Below are positions 63,770 through 64,000 of a stretch of DNA of 64,000 nucleotides, in pieces (positions within the stretch are counted from its first letter, which is position 1; every line of letters begins with the position of its first letter). The position numbers were made by a program, and so were the translations under genes. A model generated the notes under the pieces. That model saw only the letters and a list, made by a program, of their open reading frames with translations, was not told the origin of the DNA and did not search any database. The DNA is taken from the NCBI RefSeq assembly GCF_001194135.2, contig NC_068984.1:116553867-116617866 (forward strand). Reading direction: 5' to 3'. This DNA comes from Octopus bimaculoides. Its lineage: Eukaryota.

Positions 63770-64000
63770 CTTCAAGACATCCTGCTTCCTTTTGAATTAA
63801 TGCTTTGTTCTTGCCATTGAAAGAAAGTGCCCAAAGTCCATTTATAACTAAAAGAATTTCCTCTTCAGAAAGGGGATTGTTTATATATAGATTTTCTTCT
63901 TGTAAAAGACGAACATAAAATGTTAAGATACCATTCTGAACCAGTTGCACTTTGTTGACATCACTTGCAGACAGGTTAAATAAACCCCTGAGAATTTCTG
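63770..64000 (-). CDS. ARM-TIR-SAM protein, armadillo-like repeat exon (5' end outside window)
   Basis: Open frame EILRGLFNLSASDVNKVQLVQNGILTFYVRLLQEENLYINNPLSEEEILLVINGLWALSFNGKNKALIQKEAGCLE, with two ARM-like L-x-N/A-L-S...NK motifs. Ends at donor GAAG|GTATGT, phase 1. Confidence 0.85.

Overview
AT-rich, repeat-dense eukaryotic DNA from a fragmented assembly with about 13 large N-gaps, mostly next to microsatellites. The SINE and microsatellite content suggests an octopus genome; this is inferred from repeat style, not checked. One protein-coding gene can be rebuilt from splice sites on the minus strand. It has seven exons in the window (63770->64000, 50534-50638, <47591-47624, 44962-45063, 44212-44427, 43044-43164, 41188-41347) and compatible phases at every visible junction. 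The product is armadillo-like repeats, then a TIR (TIR_2-type) domain, then a C-terminal SAM-like domain. Its 5' part lies beyond the window and part of the first TIR exon is hidden in a gap. The rest is decayed mobile DNA: three tRNA-headed SINE families, one (ATG)n-tailed retroposon family, Tc1 (D34E), maT (D37D) and mariner remnants, Helitron, RTE, CR1 and Penelope fragments, MITEs, and many hairpins or inverted repeats. One orphan terminal-exon candidate lies at 27045-27161. No CRISPR, rRNA or genuine tRNA gene was found. Most ORFs in the track are microsatellite or gap artefacts. Repeat boundaries are approximate unless a TSD or TIR is quoted.
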